The notes: generated from the sequence alone by a model not told the origin. 33,315 nucleotides of DNA from Myxococcota bacterium (GCA_040752415.1 JBFMGU010000114.1:1-33315), one strand, 5' to 3'; counted from the first letter of the stretch, positions 18,207 to 29,700 are shown. Translations and numbers: made by a program.

Positions 18207-18956
18207 ATGCACACCATCACCGGCACGTTGTTCCCGCCCACCGCCGCAGAGTCGCCCAAGGCCAGCCCCGCTTCCGGGCTCCACGTCGTGGATCAGCTCC
18301 TGAGGGACCGCGCGGCGTTCCTGCATCACATCCAGAACACCACCGACCTGCTGCCCACCTCGCGTGCGCTTCTCATCACCATTGCGGTCTGCTCCGCGGT
18401 CTTCGGGGCCACCCTGGGGTTCCACCGCGGCGGCCTGCAGATCCTCTACGCCGCCATCAAGATGCCGCTCGCGGTGCTGCTGACGGCGGGAATCTCCACG
18501 CCCGCATTGACGGCCATGCGGTCCGCGGTCGACGTCCGGGGCTCCGCGCAGCGGGATGCGGCGTTGGTTCTCGGTGCGCTCGCGCTGGGGACGCTCATCG
18601 TCGCCGCGCTGGCACCGGTCATCCTCCTCGCCGACGCCATGGGAGCCGGATACCACCGCGTGATCCTGGTGACGGTGACGTCGTGCGGCGTGGGTGGGAT
18701 GGCCGGCGTGGCACTGCTGGCGCGCGGCATCCACGCCACGGTCCCCACGGCGCGGCGCCTGGTGGCCTTCACGTTGCTGAGCGTGTTCGCGCTCGTCGGG
18801 ACGCAGATGAGCTGGTCCTTGCGCCCGTGGCTGCTGCGTCCCAAGGCGCAACACATCCCCTTCATGCGCGCGTATGAGGGAAGCTTCGCCGACAGCGTCC
18901 AGACCAGCATCCAATCCGCGCAGGGCATCTACGTTGACGACGTGGACGGGCGGTGA
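18207..18956 (+). CDS. Uncharacterised multi-TM membrane protein (Yip1-like topology)
   Basis: GAGGA RBS, five TM-like segments, and motifs AAIKMPL and FALVGTQMSWSLRPW. Confidence 0.85.
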   Translation: MHTITGTLFPPTAAESPKASPASGLHVVDQLLRDRAAFLHHIQNTTDLLPTSRALLITIAVCSAVFGATLGFHRGGLQILYAAIKMPLAVLLTAGISTPALTAMRSAVDVRGSAQRDAALVLGALALGTLIVAALAPVILLADAMGAGYHRVILVTVTSCGVGGMAGVALLARGIHATVPTARRLVAFTLLSVFALVGTQMSWSLRPWLLRPKAQHIPFMRAYEGSFADSVQTSIQSAQGIYVDDVDGR

Positions 18957-18959
18957 GCC

Positions 18960-19586
18960 ATGCGCCTCCTGGACTTCACCATCCTCTACCTGCTGGTCGG
19001 GGCCGGCTGCGCCGCGGTGGTGCTGCTGCAACGCGGGACACGTTCCCGGTCGTGGATGGACGCCGCGCTGGTCTTGTTGTTCTGGCCGCTGCATGGGCCC
19101 TTCCTGCTCTCCCGCGCGGTCCCGGATGCACCCAGCGGGGAGCTCACGGAGGCGTTGCGTCGCGCGCATGACAGCGGCCTGGGTGGGCTTCTTCCCGACG
19201 AGAAAGCCATCCACACGCTGAACGCCCGCGTGCAGGGCGCGGTGGCGCGGGTGGCGGAGATTGATCGGCTGTTGGGGTTGCCGGAGTTCTCGGAGGCGGA
19301 CGCGTTGGCCCGGCATCGCGACCTGCAGGCTCGAGGTGACGCCCGCGCCGCGGTCACCACGTGGAGTCGGGTGCAGGACATCCGGCGCCTCCGCTCCCTC
19401 CGCTTCCGCTTCGCCCGCGAGCTCGACGAGGTGGCTGAGCTCATGGCGCGACTGCGGGTCCAGGCCGAGCTGGTGCGGCTGTCCGGGACACTGGACGCCG
19501 GCACGCAGGAGCTGGTGGCCGAGCTGGTGCACCGGGTGGATGGGCTGGATGCGCTGGTGGCGGAGAACAGTGAGACGGCCACGTGA
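18960..19586 (+). CDS. Membrane-anchored coiled-coil protein
   Basis: Two N-terminal TMs (..[10 protein letters not shown]) followed by long amphipathic helices. Starts 3 bp after the previous stop. Confidence 0.8.
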   Translation: MRLLDFTILYLLVGAGCAAVVLLQRGTRSRSWMDAALVLLFWPLHGPFLLSRAVPDAPSGELTEALRRAHDSGLGGLLPDEKAIHTLNARVQGAVARVAEIDRLLGLPEFSEADALARHRDLQARGDARAAVTTWSRVQDIRRLRSLRFRFARELDEVAELMARLRVQAELVRLSGTLDAGTQELVAELVHRVDGLDALVAENSETAT

Positions 19587-19624
19587 GCGCGGATGTGTTA
19601 CCCAAGGTGTCCTGGGAGCCAAGC

Positions 19625-20316
<692 letters not shown>

Positions 20317-20320
<4 letters not shown>

Positions 20321-21786
20321 CGTCGTCGGCGGATGGCCTGGTGGCCCGGCTGCGTGCGCTACCCAACCGCATCTGGGTGCGCTTCCTGGCGGTCCACCTG
20401 CTCCTGGTGGCGGTGCCGGTGGCGGGCATCAGCTTCGCGCGGTTCTACGAGCGGGAGATGTTGCGCGCGCAGGAGCAGGACATGGTGCACCAGGCGGAGG
20501 TGCTGCGGCAGATGCTTCTCTCCGACGAGACCGGCCTCCGCCTCCCCGAGCGTTCCGCCCTGCTGCGGGACATTTCCGAGGACACGCGCGCGCGCCTCCG
20601 CCTGCTGGACGCCCAGGGGAACGTGGTGGCGGACTCCTATGCGCGCTGGGAGGAGGTGGTGGAGGAGAGCGGCAGCGTCGACGGGGGCGTGCCGGCGCCC
20701 AGCACGATGGCGGCGCGCGTGGAGATCCAGCGGGCGCTGGAAGGGCGCTACGGCTCGCACATGCGCTTTGGTACCGACACCAACCTGCTCTTCCTGTGCA
20801 GCGCGTTGCCCATCATGGCGCCACGCACGAAGACGGTGCTGGGCGTGGTGTACGTGACGCGCTCCACCACGCCGGTGTGGGCGGCCATGCACCGGTTGCG
20901 GATCTCGTTGCTGCGGGTGCTGCTGGCGTCGCTGTTGTTCTCCACCATCATCTCGCTCTTCCTGGCCACCACCATCTCGCGTCCGCTCTCCCGTCTCACG
21001 CGCGTGGCCACCGCCATTGCCCGCGGCGACCGCTCCCAGCGCCTGCACCTGGACCGTCCCGACGAGATTGGCGAGCTGGCGCGCGCTTTCGACGTCATGG
21101 CGCACACGTTGGACGAACGGGCGCGCTACGTGGCGGAGCTGAGCGCGAACATCAGCCACGAGTTCAAGAGCCCGCTCACCAGCATGCGCGGTGCGGCGGA
21201 GCTCCTGCTGGAGGGCGCGGCGGATGACCCGGCGGCGCGCACGCGCTTCCTGCGCAACATCCTGGGCGACGTGCACCGCCTGGACCGCCTGGTGACACGC
21301 CTGCTGGAGCTCTCCCGCGTGGAGGCGGCCCCGGAGCTCGACGAGGTGCTGGACTATCGCTCCCTGGTGGAAGCGGAGGTGGCACGGCGCAACCATCCGT
21401 CACTCCGTCTCGAATATGTCTCGCGATGCACGCGCCTGCGCGGTCACCGCGGCCACCTGGCCAGCGCGCTGGGCAACCTGGTCGACAACGCGGTCCAGCA
21501 CGCCACCCCGGGTACGCCCATCACCGTCCGCGTCGACGACGTGGAGGAAGGGCTCCGTACGTCCGTGCACAACCACGGTCCCGCCATCAGCCCGGCCAAC
21601 CTGCCGCGCATCTGGGACCGCTTCTTCACCACGCGCTCCGAGCAGGGAGGAACGGGGTTGGGCCTGCCCATCGTCGCCAGCGTGATGCGTGCGCACGGGG
21701 GGACCGTGGGCGTGGTGAGCACCGTGGAGGCGGGCACCACGTTCTCGTTCCAGCTTCCGCGGGTGGAGATGTCGCTAACCGTTTAG
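20317..21786 (+). CDS. HAMP-domain sensor histidine kinase (CreC/ChvG-like)
   Basis: Two TMs, HAMP ([11 protein letters not shown]), H-box [11 protein letters not shown]-box NLVDNA and G2 GGTGLGL. ATGA overlap with the regulator. Confidence 0.95.
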
Positions 21787-21797
21787 TCGAGCACGAA

Positions 21798-21901
21798 CCA
21801 ACCTGGTCACCTGACGTCGTCACCGTGGTGTCCCCGGAGCAGCCGCGCCGGTGGTGCCCAGCCGGTATCCAGGGCGTGAGCCGACGCCGCAGCCGTGGGG
21901 C
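21798..21901 (-). repeat. Dispersed repeat module A, copy 2
   Basis: Reverse complement of 124-217 (blocks of 35/36 and 19/20). Confidence 0.85.
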
Positions 21902-21907
21902 GTTTCC

Positions 21908-22207
21908 TACAGCGGTTCCCGTTGAAGTTGTCACGCCGCTTGCCTCCGTCTGGCAGAGGGCGCGCCGCTGGTCCGAGCGAAAGCGGCACTTCATGCCGCA
22001 GTCCGAAAGTGCCGGCAGCGTTCGCTCTTGTGGACAGGCCGGCACGTTCCCCGACGTGGCACGGGTGCGGGCGTTCGCAGTTTCACGAATCGGAGCGGTG
22101 CCCGCACCCTTTCGGACTGCGGCATGAAGTGCCGCTTTCGCTCGGACCCAGCGGGCGCCCGCTGCCAGACGGAGGCAAGCGGCGTGACAACTTCGTCGGG
22201 AATCCCC
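21908..22207. mobile_element. Palindromic MITE/REPIN-like element
   Basis: Near-perfect 86-bp arms at 21924-22009 and 22109-22194, each containing the hairpin GCGGCA-CTTCA-TGCCGC. Left terminus TA-CAGCGGTTCCCGTTGAAGTTG. Confidence 0.85.
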
Positions 22208-22243
22208 GGGTTCGCAATCCGGTCTGGTAGGTTGAACGGCGCG

Positions 22244-23569
22244 TCACTGCAACGTGGAGACGGTGGTGTTGGGCTGGTCTCCGTCGCCGTCGAAGCTGAT
22301 GCGCTCGTCGTAGCGGCGCAGCTCGCGCAGGAAGTTGGCGGGTTGCTCGCCGCCGCGACCACCGGTGAACAGGGTGTGGTCACCCCGCGCCGGGTCGGGG
22401 TTGTAGAGGTACGCGGTGCCGTCGGGGCGTCGTCCCACGGTGACGAAGTGATCCGGAGTGCCGGGATCCCCGTCGCGAGGCGGCGTGCCGGAGACGCGGA
22501 TGGTGGCCGCTTCACCGGGACGCAGCCGGCCCACCAGTTCCTCGGTGGGATGCGCCACGGAGATGTCCAGGCTCTCCGCGCGCGGCGACCCTCCGCCCGA
22601 CGAGGAAAGCGTGCGCAGCTCGTGATCGTCGAAGCCGGAGCGGTCCGTGGCCGTGGTGCGACCGCCCACGGAAACCGAGTAGTATTCGCGGCTCGGGTCG
22701 TCGGGGTGGTGCTCATCACGCACCAGGGAGACCGTGGTGGGCTGTCCGCTGGCGCGCGTGAGCAGCTCGCCCACGCGGGTGGCGCGCGCGTCGGTGACGG
22801 GGCGGTTGGCCATCATGTCGTCGTAGTAGCCCCGCAGCTCCCGCCGTTCCGAGGCGTTGAGACGCCGGCTGTCCAACTGCTGCTCCACCGCGAGCTGCAG
22901 CGACGAGCGCGTGTTGCCCGCCTGGTACAGGAGCCCCTGCGCGCGCGAGAGATCCTCGTACGTGGCGGTGCGGTTGCGCACGCGACCGGCAATGTCCCGC
23001 AGCTCCTGCTGACTGGCGGCGGGGAGCCGCGTGGCGTCGGCGCTGTCGGCGGAGCGTTCCAGGAAGCGCGCGGTGGCGTCGGGACCGTTCATGAGGGCGG
23101 CGCCCAGCAGATTGGAGGGACCGCAACGGTACTGGCTGTTCCCCGCCTCTCCGCCGCGCGGCGTCTGGGTGAGTCGCCCCAGGAGCTGCGCGGGGTTGTC
23201 CCACGACGACGCCGGGATGCGCCCGGACCCCGACGTGCGCAGCGAGGTCTCCGTGCCGTTGAGCCCGTTGCCCACGCCGTTGTTGCCGCCGCCGCGTGCT
23301 CCCGCGAGTTGACTGGCGGAGCGTGCGGTGGTGACGGCGCCCTGCAGTCGCGTGTCGCCGGCGGGCACCGTGGTCCCCGCGCGATCGACGGGGAGGCGGA
23401 GGCGCGGGTTGGACACCTCGTAGCCGTCGCTGCGCGGAGCCTCCGCGGAGGACGGTGTGCTGGTCTCCGCCGGTGTTGGCGACGTGGTGGCGTGGGCCTG
23501 GGTGGTGGCTTCCGTCGTGGAAGGCTCGGTATTGCGGACCTGCGGAGCGGGACTGGAGACGACCTTCAT
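22244..23569 (-). CDS. Hypothetical protein with disordered N-terminus and putative papain-like (C39-like) Cys peptidase domain
   Basis: GGAGG RBS before MKVVSS. Motifs Q..RCGPSNLL, HFVTVG and YLYNPDP give a Cys-His-Asn/Asp arrangement. Confidence 0.75.
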   Translation of the reverse strand: MKVVSSPAPQVRNTEPSTTEATTQAHATTSPTPAETSTPSSAEAPRSDGYEVSNPRLRLPVDRAGTTVPAGDTRLQGAVTTARSASQLAGARGGGNNGVGNGLNGTETSLRTSGSGRIPASSWDNPAQLLGRLTQTPRGGEAGNSQYRCGPSNLLGAALMNGPDATARFLERSADSADATRLPAASQQELRDIAGRVRNRTATYEDLSRAQGLLYQAGNTRSSLQLAVEQQLDSRRLNASERRELRGYYDDMMANRPVTDARATRVGELLTRASGQPTTVSLVRDEHHPDDPSREYYSVSVGGRTTATDRSGFDDHELRTLSSSGGGSPRAESLDISVAHPTEELVGRLRPGEAATIRVSGTPPRDGDPGTPDHFVTVGRRPDGTAYLYNPDPARGDHTLFTGGRGGEQPANFLRELRRYDERISFDGDGDQPNTTVSTLQ

Positions 23570-23722
23570 GGGCAACCTCCGGGGCGCAGCGTAGCCTGGC
23601 ATATCGGCGTGGATGAACGGAGGGTGCTTCGCAAGACAACGCCCACATCGTCATACCGGGTGCGCGCAAACGCTTGGCAGTAGACAGGGAAACACCACGC
23701 GAGAGTCACCTCGAGGCATGAC

Positions 23723-24325
23723 ATGAGCCGGTTCAGCGCAGACTTCTTCCACAACGTGTACCGGGAGACCGCTCCCTGGGACGTGGGCAAGGCCCAGCCA
23801 GGCATGACCGCGCTCCTCGACGAGGTTCCGCCCGAGGGCCCGGTTCTCGATGTCGGGTGTGGCACGGGCGACCTGGTGCTGGAGGTGGCGCGGCGCGGGC
23901 TGCACGTCGTGGGCATCGACATCGTCGAGAAGGCCATTGCCGAGGCGCGCACCCGGGCGGGGCAGCTGCCGGATCTCCTGCCGCGGGTGCAGTTCCGCGT
24001 GGGTGACGCGCTGCAGCCGTCGCTCCTGCCGGACCGCTTTGCCTCGGTGGTGGACTGCGGCTTCTTCCACGTCCTGGAGTCCCACGTGCGCGACCGTTTC
24101 GTCGACGAGCTGACGCGGACGTTGTTGCCGGGGGGCCGGTACTACCTGCTCGCGTTTGCCGTCGAGTTTCCCATGCCGAACACCCCGCTCAAGGTCACCG
24201 AGGAGGAGCTGCGTGCGCGCTTCGGCGCGGACAGGGGCTGGAGCGTCGTGGTGGTGCGTGCCGCGCAGTTCCAGAGCCGCGTCCAGCCGGTGCCGGCCGT
24301 CGCCGCGGTCATCCAGCGGTCGTGA
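23723..24325 (+). CDS. Class I SAM-dependent methyltransferase
   Basis: Motifs PWDVGKAQP, VLDVGCGTG and VVDCGFFH. Confidence 0.92.
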   Translation: MSRFSADFFHNVYRETAPWDVGKAQPGMTALLDEVPPEGPVLDVGCGTGDLVLEVARRGLHVVGIDIVEKAIAEARTRAGQLPDLLPRVQFRVGDALQPSLLPDRFASVVDCGFFHVLESHVRDRFVDELTRTLLPGGRYYLLAFAVEFPMPNTPLKVTEEELRARFGADRGWSVVVVRAAQFQSRVQPVPAVAAVIQRS

Positions 24326-24332
24326 AGGGTCA

Positions 24333-24430
24333 GGGGCTGCGTCAGAACAAGATGCCCAGCGGGGTTGCGGACGTCGTGGTCCACTGGAGGCGGTCAAGAC
24401 CAGGTGGGCAACTTATCTTGACTCAGCTCC
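24333..24430. mobile_element. MITE-like element, family 2, degenerate copy
   Basis: 26-bp imperfect terminal inverted repeats (20/26). The left end GGGGCTGCGTCAGAACAAG is identical to 26399-26417. Confidence 0.75.
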
Positions 24431-25645
24431 TTACTGCTTCTCGGTGCACACGGAGATGGTCTGCTTGGTGTTGCCCGTCGTGGGACCCGGTTTCGGTACG
24501 GGCTTCTCGGGCGGGGTGCCTTTCCGTCGCTGCAGCTTCTCGATGTACGCCAGCTCCTGGGGGGGATTCGGGTGCTTGGGCTCCCAGCGCAATGATTCCT
24601 CGTAGGCCAGGCGCGCCTCCTCGAGACGGTCCAGTTCGATGAGCGCGAACCCCAGCTGGCGCAGCCGACGCGCGCGCGTGCATCCGTCGTCGCTCTCCAG
24701 GCGCACCGCGGCCTCCAGCAGCGGCAGTGCATCCTGGAACCGCTTCTGCCCCAGCAGCGCCTGGGCCAGCTCGGACATCCCTTCCACGTCGTGGGGATTG
24801 AAGACCAGGAGCTGACGCAGCACGCGCTCCGCGCTGGTCATGGCACCTTTGTCCACGTGGCAGAAGCCCACCAGGAAATACGCCATCCGCACGCGCGGCG
24901 ACGCCCAGTGCACCCCACGTTCCCGGGCCGCAACGGCGGTGGCCTCGTCGGTGAGTGTGCGCAGCAGGTCCTCCCGGGAGGAGAAGACGTAGGGCCGCGC
25001 CTCGCTCTGCCTGGCCTGGGTTTCGAACTCCGAGAGACGCGCGGGGAAAGTCTTCAGCACGGAGCCGCAGCGCACGGACCGGGCCTTCACCTCCTCCGTC
25101 GAGAACAGGCCATGTCCCAGGACCACGGGTTGACGGAAGCTCTTGTCCGGCTCCACCCGCGCGAGCGTGAGCGGCTTGTGGGTTGGCATGGTCTGGCGCC
25201 TCCAGGCGTCAAACTCAGCAAGTCTAAGCGCGCGAACCTCTTCCGCGGTAAGGGTGTACCCCGGCAGGGCAAAGCTGGTGACGACGTATTCCGCGCCGAA
25301 TCCCGCGTCGATGATCTGCGCCAGTTCGTCGAGATAGGCATCCTTCTCCGGCGTCTTCTCGTTCAGCTCCTTCCAGATCTGGCGCAGGCTCTTGCGCGCC
25401 TCCAGCTCGACGTGGAACAGGTTGGGAGCCTCCTTCTTCTCATCCGCGGTGGTCCACCCCACGGCGAGCGCGGCGCCGTAGCCCAACCAGGCCGCGGAGA
25501 CGTTCCCCTGGTCCAGGATTCCGGAATCAACCACGATTCCCAGGTGTCGCTTGCCGTCGTCAGCGTCGGCCCGCTGCGCGGCTTTTCCTCCGGCGCAACC
25601 ACCCAGCACCAGCAACGCCAGCAACGATGCCTTCCCACTCCGCAT
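24431..25645 (-). CDS. Tetratricopeptide-repeat lipoprotein
   Basis: GGAGG RBS, lipobox LGGC, and C-terminal TPR-like helices (LGFALIELDRLEEARLAYEESLRWEP). Confidence 0.85.
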   Translation of the reverse strand: MRSGKASLLALLVLGGCAGGKAAQRADADDGKRHLGIVVDSGILDQGNVSAAWLGYGAALAVGWTTADEKKEAPNLFHVELEARKSLRQIWKELNEKTPEKDAYLDELAQIIDAGFGAEYVVTSFALPGYTLTAEEVRALRLAEFDAWRRQTMPTHKPLTLARVEPDKSFRQPVVLGHGLFSTEEVKARSVRCGSVLKTFPARLSEFETQARQSEARPYVFSSREDLLRTLTDEATAVAARERGVHWASPRVRMAYFLVGFCHVDKGAMTSAERVLRQLLVFNPHDVEGMSELAQALLGQKRFQDALPLLEAAVRLESDDGCTRARRLRQLGFALIELDRLEEARLAYEESLRWEPKHPNPPQELAYIEKLQRRKGTPPEKPVPKPGPTTGNTKQTISVCTEKQ

Positions 25646-25825
25646 GGTCACCTCCGCCGCCCCGGTACCATCGAGCGCGACGAGATGCTCGCCCACGCGA
25701 GGTGTTTCGTCCACTTCACCGGGACTTCGGCCTTCCGCGAAGTCTGCGCGTCACGTCACAATGGGACGCCGTCGCCAGGCCGGGACGACGCCGAGCGCCG
25801 GGGTCCCTGACCACGTGGGGGGTGA

Positions 25826-25849
25826 TGTTCGCCCGCCTCGCCGACATGG
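25826..25849 (+). repeat. Short dispersed repeat module C
   Basis: 22/24 match to the reverse complement of 33153-33176. Confidence 0.6.
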
Positions 25850-25965
25850 GCGCATGAGCGGCCCACCCAACACCGCCGCAAGATACGGCCCGGCACCGTC
25901 CGACCGCTGCGGGATGAGGAGCGGATGGGCCTTCCCCAACGTCTCGCCGTCGCTACGTTCCCGGC

Positions 25966-26325
25966 ATGCACCTTCCACCCGCCCAGCCCGCTGGCTCCAC
26001 TGTTCCCGTGTTCGCCGACCCGCGGCATCCCACCGTTCAAGCGGCGCCGGTTCTCCCGTCGTTGGAAAGGTCCTTCCCGTTTGCGCACCACCTGGGAGTC
26101 CTCCGGTGGCTCTACCGCGTGTGCCCACCGCGTTGCCGGGATGCCGTCAAGGACTGCGGTCGTTGGTTGCGGGAGCTGGAGGCGCGCTGGCCCGTCGAGG
26201 ATGCCGCTGCCCTCGTCGACGAAGCGTGGTTGCGCGTGCGTCGCACCGAGGCGTTGCTCATCGGCGCGGGCATGGAGCGCCGGGTGTTGCGTGCGCTGCA
26301 CGAAGGGATGCCCCAGTCGCGCTGA
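25966..26325 (+). CDS. Small hypothetical protein
   Basis: 119-aa ORF with a helical, protein-like C-terminal half in an otherwise empty interval. No motif recognised. Confidence 0.45.
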   Translation: MHLPPAQPAGSTVPVFADPRHPTVQAAPVLPSLERSFPFAHHLGVLRWLYRVCPPRCRDAVKDCGRWLRELEARWPVEDAAALVDEAWLRVRRTEALLIGAGMERRVLRALHEGMPQSR

Positions 26326-26387
26326 AATCCCTGGCGTCCGTCGGTTCGTCAAATGCCGCGAAGCAGTTCCAGGTCCACGCTAACCAA

Positions 26388-26529
26388 GGGGCTGCGTAGG
26401 GGCTGCGTCAGAACAAGTTGGCCAATTCGGTCCGACGCTCTCGCAGAACGGCATGAACGTGGGGGGTTAGGTGTTCGAGGGCATCGGACCGAATTGGCCA
26501 ACTTGTTCTGACGCAGCTGACGCAGCTCC
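26388..26529. mobile_element. MITE-like element, family 2, with perfect 34-bp inverted repeat
   Basis: GCTGCGTCAGAACAAGTTGGCCAATTCGGTCCGA at 26402-26435 and its exact reverse complement at 26484-26517. Termini are duplicated on both sides. Confidence 0.85.
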
Positions 26530-26796
26530 CAAACTCCCAACAACCGGCCTCGACCATCACCAGCACGCTGGACCGACGACGTGTGACCGCCCTCACATCA
26601 GGGACGCGTCGTCGTCGTGATTTGCCGCGCGGGCATTCCGCACTCGCGGACGACGACGTCGCGACACCTTGACAAGGGAGCACGCCGACAAGAACCTGCC
26701 TCGGTCCTTCCAGGGACTCCTGGCATACGCCGGCTCCGCGAGGGCCGTGACGTGGGGAGCCCTGCGCCGTCGCCAGCGAGTTGGATGGGAGAGAAG

Positions 26797-29700
26797 ATGT
26801 CCAATCGACGTCCCCTGGTTCTGTCCGCCGTCCTCATGCTGCTCATCCCGCTCACGTCCGTTGCGGCGGTCAGCCCCCGCCCCTACTCCCTGGATCCCGG
26901 CAGCTGCGACGGCTTCGCCAACTATGTCGACGAGATCCGGGTCTCCGGCTTCCAGCTCGTGAGCCAGACTCCCGCGGCGGATGGCTACACGGAAGTCACG
27001 GTGGGGTTTCAGGCGGACAACGCCGACCACGGTCAGTTCCGCGGCGCCACCATCATCCCCGACATGGACGACCTCGCGGTCAACGTGGGTGCCGTCCAGG
27101 ACTCGTTGATCGCCGGGACGCTGGGGCCGGTGGCGCCGCTGGAGGCCACGCTGCTCCCCGTCGACAACATCACGCTACGCGTGCCCAGCGACAACGTCGC
27201 CGCGTTGGTGGACCGGTTGAACAGCGGGCTCGTGCCCCTGACCGTCCACGCGGACGAGGAGATGATTCTCCAGCCCGACGTCTACATGCTGCACTGGGGC
27301 AGCCTGGCCATCCTGGGGAATGAAGCGCTTAGCGCCATTCCCGAATCCGATTACGATCAGATCGAGATCACCGAAGGATATTTCCTGAACGCGCGGGACA
27401 ACCATGGCCTGAACCCGCCACTCGGTCCGCCGTTGGCCAACGACCAGGAATGGACCTTCACGCTGATCGCGGAGTCCACCAACGCCACCTGCGAGTTCGA
27501 CACCTGGACCCCCGGCAATGCGAAGTTCTACATCAGCGAAGACCCGTCCTTTCCCCTCGTGACCGACGCCATTCCGGAGGCGTTCCGCAACGGGCGCGTG
27601 ACGAACGTGGTGAAGGATCCGGGCGACGCCAACAATCCGCGCACCACCTGGACGGTGACCTTGCAGCGCGCGCTGGACGATCGCCTGGCGGACCTCTACG
27701 TCAGCGCCGCCTTCTGCAGCGGTACCACGCAGCACGTCGACCAGCCCGTGCATGTCTCCCAGCCGCGTTCGCTGGACCGCTTCAGCGTGTACTACGGCCC
27801 TCCGTTCCCGCCTCCGCATCCCAACAATTACAACGAGAAGGACCACCACCCGCAGCCCATCAACTTCAACGACCTCGAGCCGGTGGTGGGGATCAAGATC
27901 AGCGGTCAGGTCGAGGGACACATCCTGAAGCCGCACCTGGAGCTGCGATTCCGCAACGGCGCCATGCGCATGGTGGGGACCTTCGACACCGACATGACGC
28001 TCAGTGCCGAAGCGCGGACCTCTGCCCACGTGCCGGCGGGCGGTGAGCAGCAGCTCTACAACCTGTGCTTCCCGGTGGCCCAGATTCCCGCCGGGCCGGT
28101 CAACATCCACGTCAACTTCGAGGTGCAGCACAGCGTCGGGTTCCGGGGCGACATGGCGGCGGAGGTGGTGACCGGGGTGCAGAAGCGTTTCCACAACAAG
28201 GTGGAGGTCGGCTACGACGGACGTCGGCCCGCGGGAGAGCAGTTCTTCCATTCCAGCGAAGACCTCTCCCTGCCCATGGAATTCACACCGCCACAATTGA
28301 CGGACCAGACGCAGTTCAACGGAAGAGTCTACACCCGGCTCACCCCCGGGCTTTACGTCGCCTTGGAGGATTCGGAGTGCCTTTCCGGTGGCCGTGTGTG
28401 GGCCGCGCTGGAGGGTTTCGGCACAACGGAGGTGACTCCCACCGTCGACCCGTGGTGGACGCTGGGCAGCGGTATCAGCGTGCAAGCAGGAATGGATCTT
28501 TCCATCCTGGGATTCGAGGTCGCCAATTGGCAGACGCCGACCAGTACGCTGATCCACGAGGAGATTCGCGCCGCGCCGGCGGATGACGCTTCTGCCAATG
28601 GTGGCACCCAGGCGTCGAGCGCGGCGCGCACCTCTGGCTCTGATCAGCGTTGGGCCATGGCGATCGAAGACATGGACACGCCCACGGGGTTCGCGGAGTC
28701 CTCCATTGTGGCAATGCCCGACAATGGCGTGCTGGTGGCGACGGGATACGCCTACGGAAGCAACGGTGAGCTCATCCGCCTGGACGCGCACGGCGCGTTC
28801 CAGTGGAGCCGCCGCTACAACCTCTTTGCCATCCGCAGCAAGCCGTCCAGGATCCTGCCGCTTCCCGACAACAGCTTCGTCGTCGTCGGTGAGCCCAGCG
28901 CCCACTGGATTGCCAAGCATGACGTCGATGGCAACCTGCTGTGGAGTCGTCGCTACGACTACGGTCCCGTCACCAAGGCCGCCTCGGTGTACTGCAATGC
29001 CAAGAGCGCCGCCGCCATCGAGACCGCGCCCGGCCAGTATGACCTCGTCGTGGTGGGACACACCGTGGACGCGGACGCGGAAGGCTGCGCGCTCCGGGTG
29101 AACGCCGTGGGTGACGTGCAGTGGTCCAGGACCTACGACGATTCCAACGACACCCGGCCGCAGCGTTTCTACGACGTGCTGATCAACCGGGACGGGGACA
29201 TCATCGCCGTCGGACACTATGAGCTTATCGAGGGCGCCAGTGCGCGCGATGGTTGGATTGCTCGGCTGAATCCGAACGACGGCGCGGTGGTCTGGTCCAA
29301 GCGGCTTCATCTCCCGGGGCGCGCCGCGACGTTCAACAGTGTCACGGAAGGAGCGGATGGCACGCTCTTCGCCGTCGGTGTGGCCACGGGGACGGTTCTC
29401 ATGACGGCCTCGGCGTGGTTGATGCGCATGGGTCCCGACGGCAGCGACGTGCGCCATGCGCTGATCTTCCAGGACCTGGGCTGGGAGGCCACGCTGCCCA
29501 ACGGGCCTGACCTTGTGACCCAGGGCGGCGACTCGCAGCTCGACAACCTGTGGGACATCACGCCGACCGCGGACGGTTTCGTCGTGGTGGGGGATACGGC
29601 GTTGGGCATGGCTGCGTGGGCCGCCAAGGTCAATGCCAACCTGGGGCTGGAGTGGTTCACCACCTACGACGGCACCTCCAACGAAGGGCTCTTCGGCGTG

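Noticed and set aside
17457..19622. 721-aa minus-strand ORF
   Set aside because: Antisense to three well-formed operon genes, with Arg/Gln/His-rich composition typical of a shadow ORF in high-GC DNA.
22028..23683. 551-aa plus-strand ORF
   Set aside because: Antisense shadow of the minus-strand gene, which has an RBS and catalytic-like motifs. It also starts inside a palindromic repeat.
26669..26700. TTGACA as a sigma70 -35 element for the large surface protein
   Set aside because: No credible -10 element at 16-18 bp spacing.
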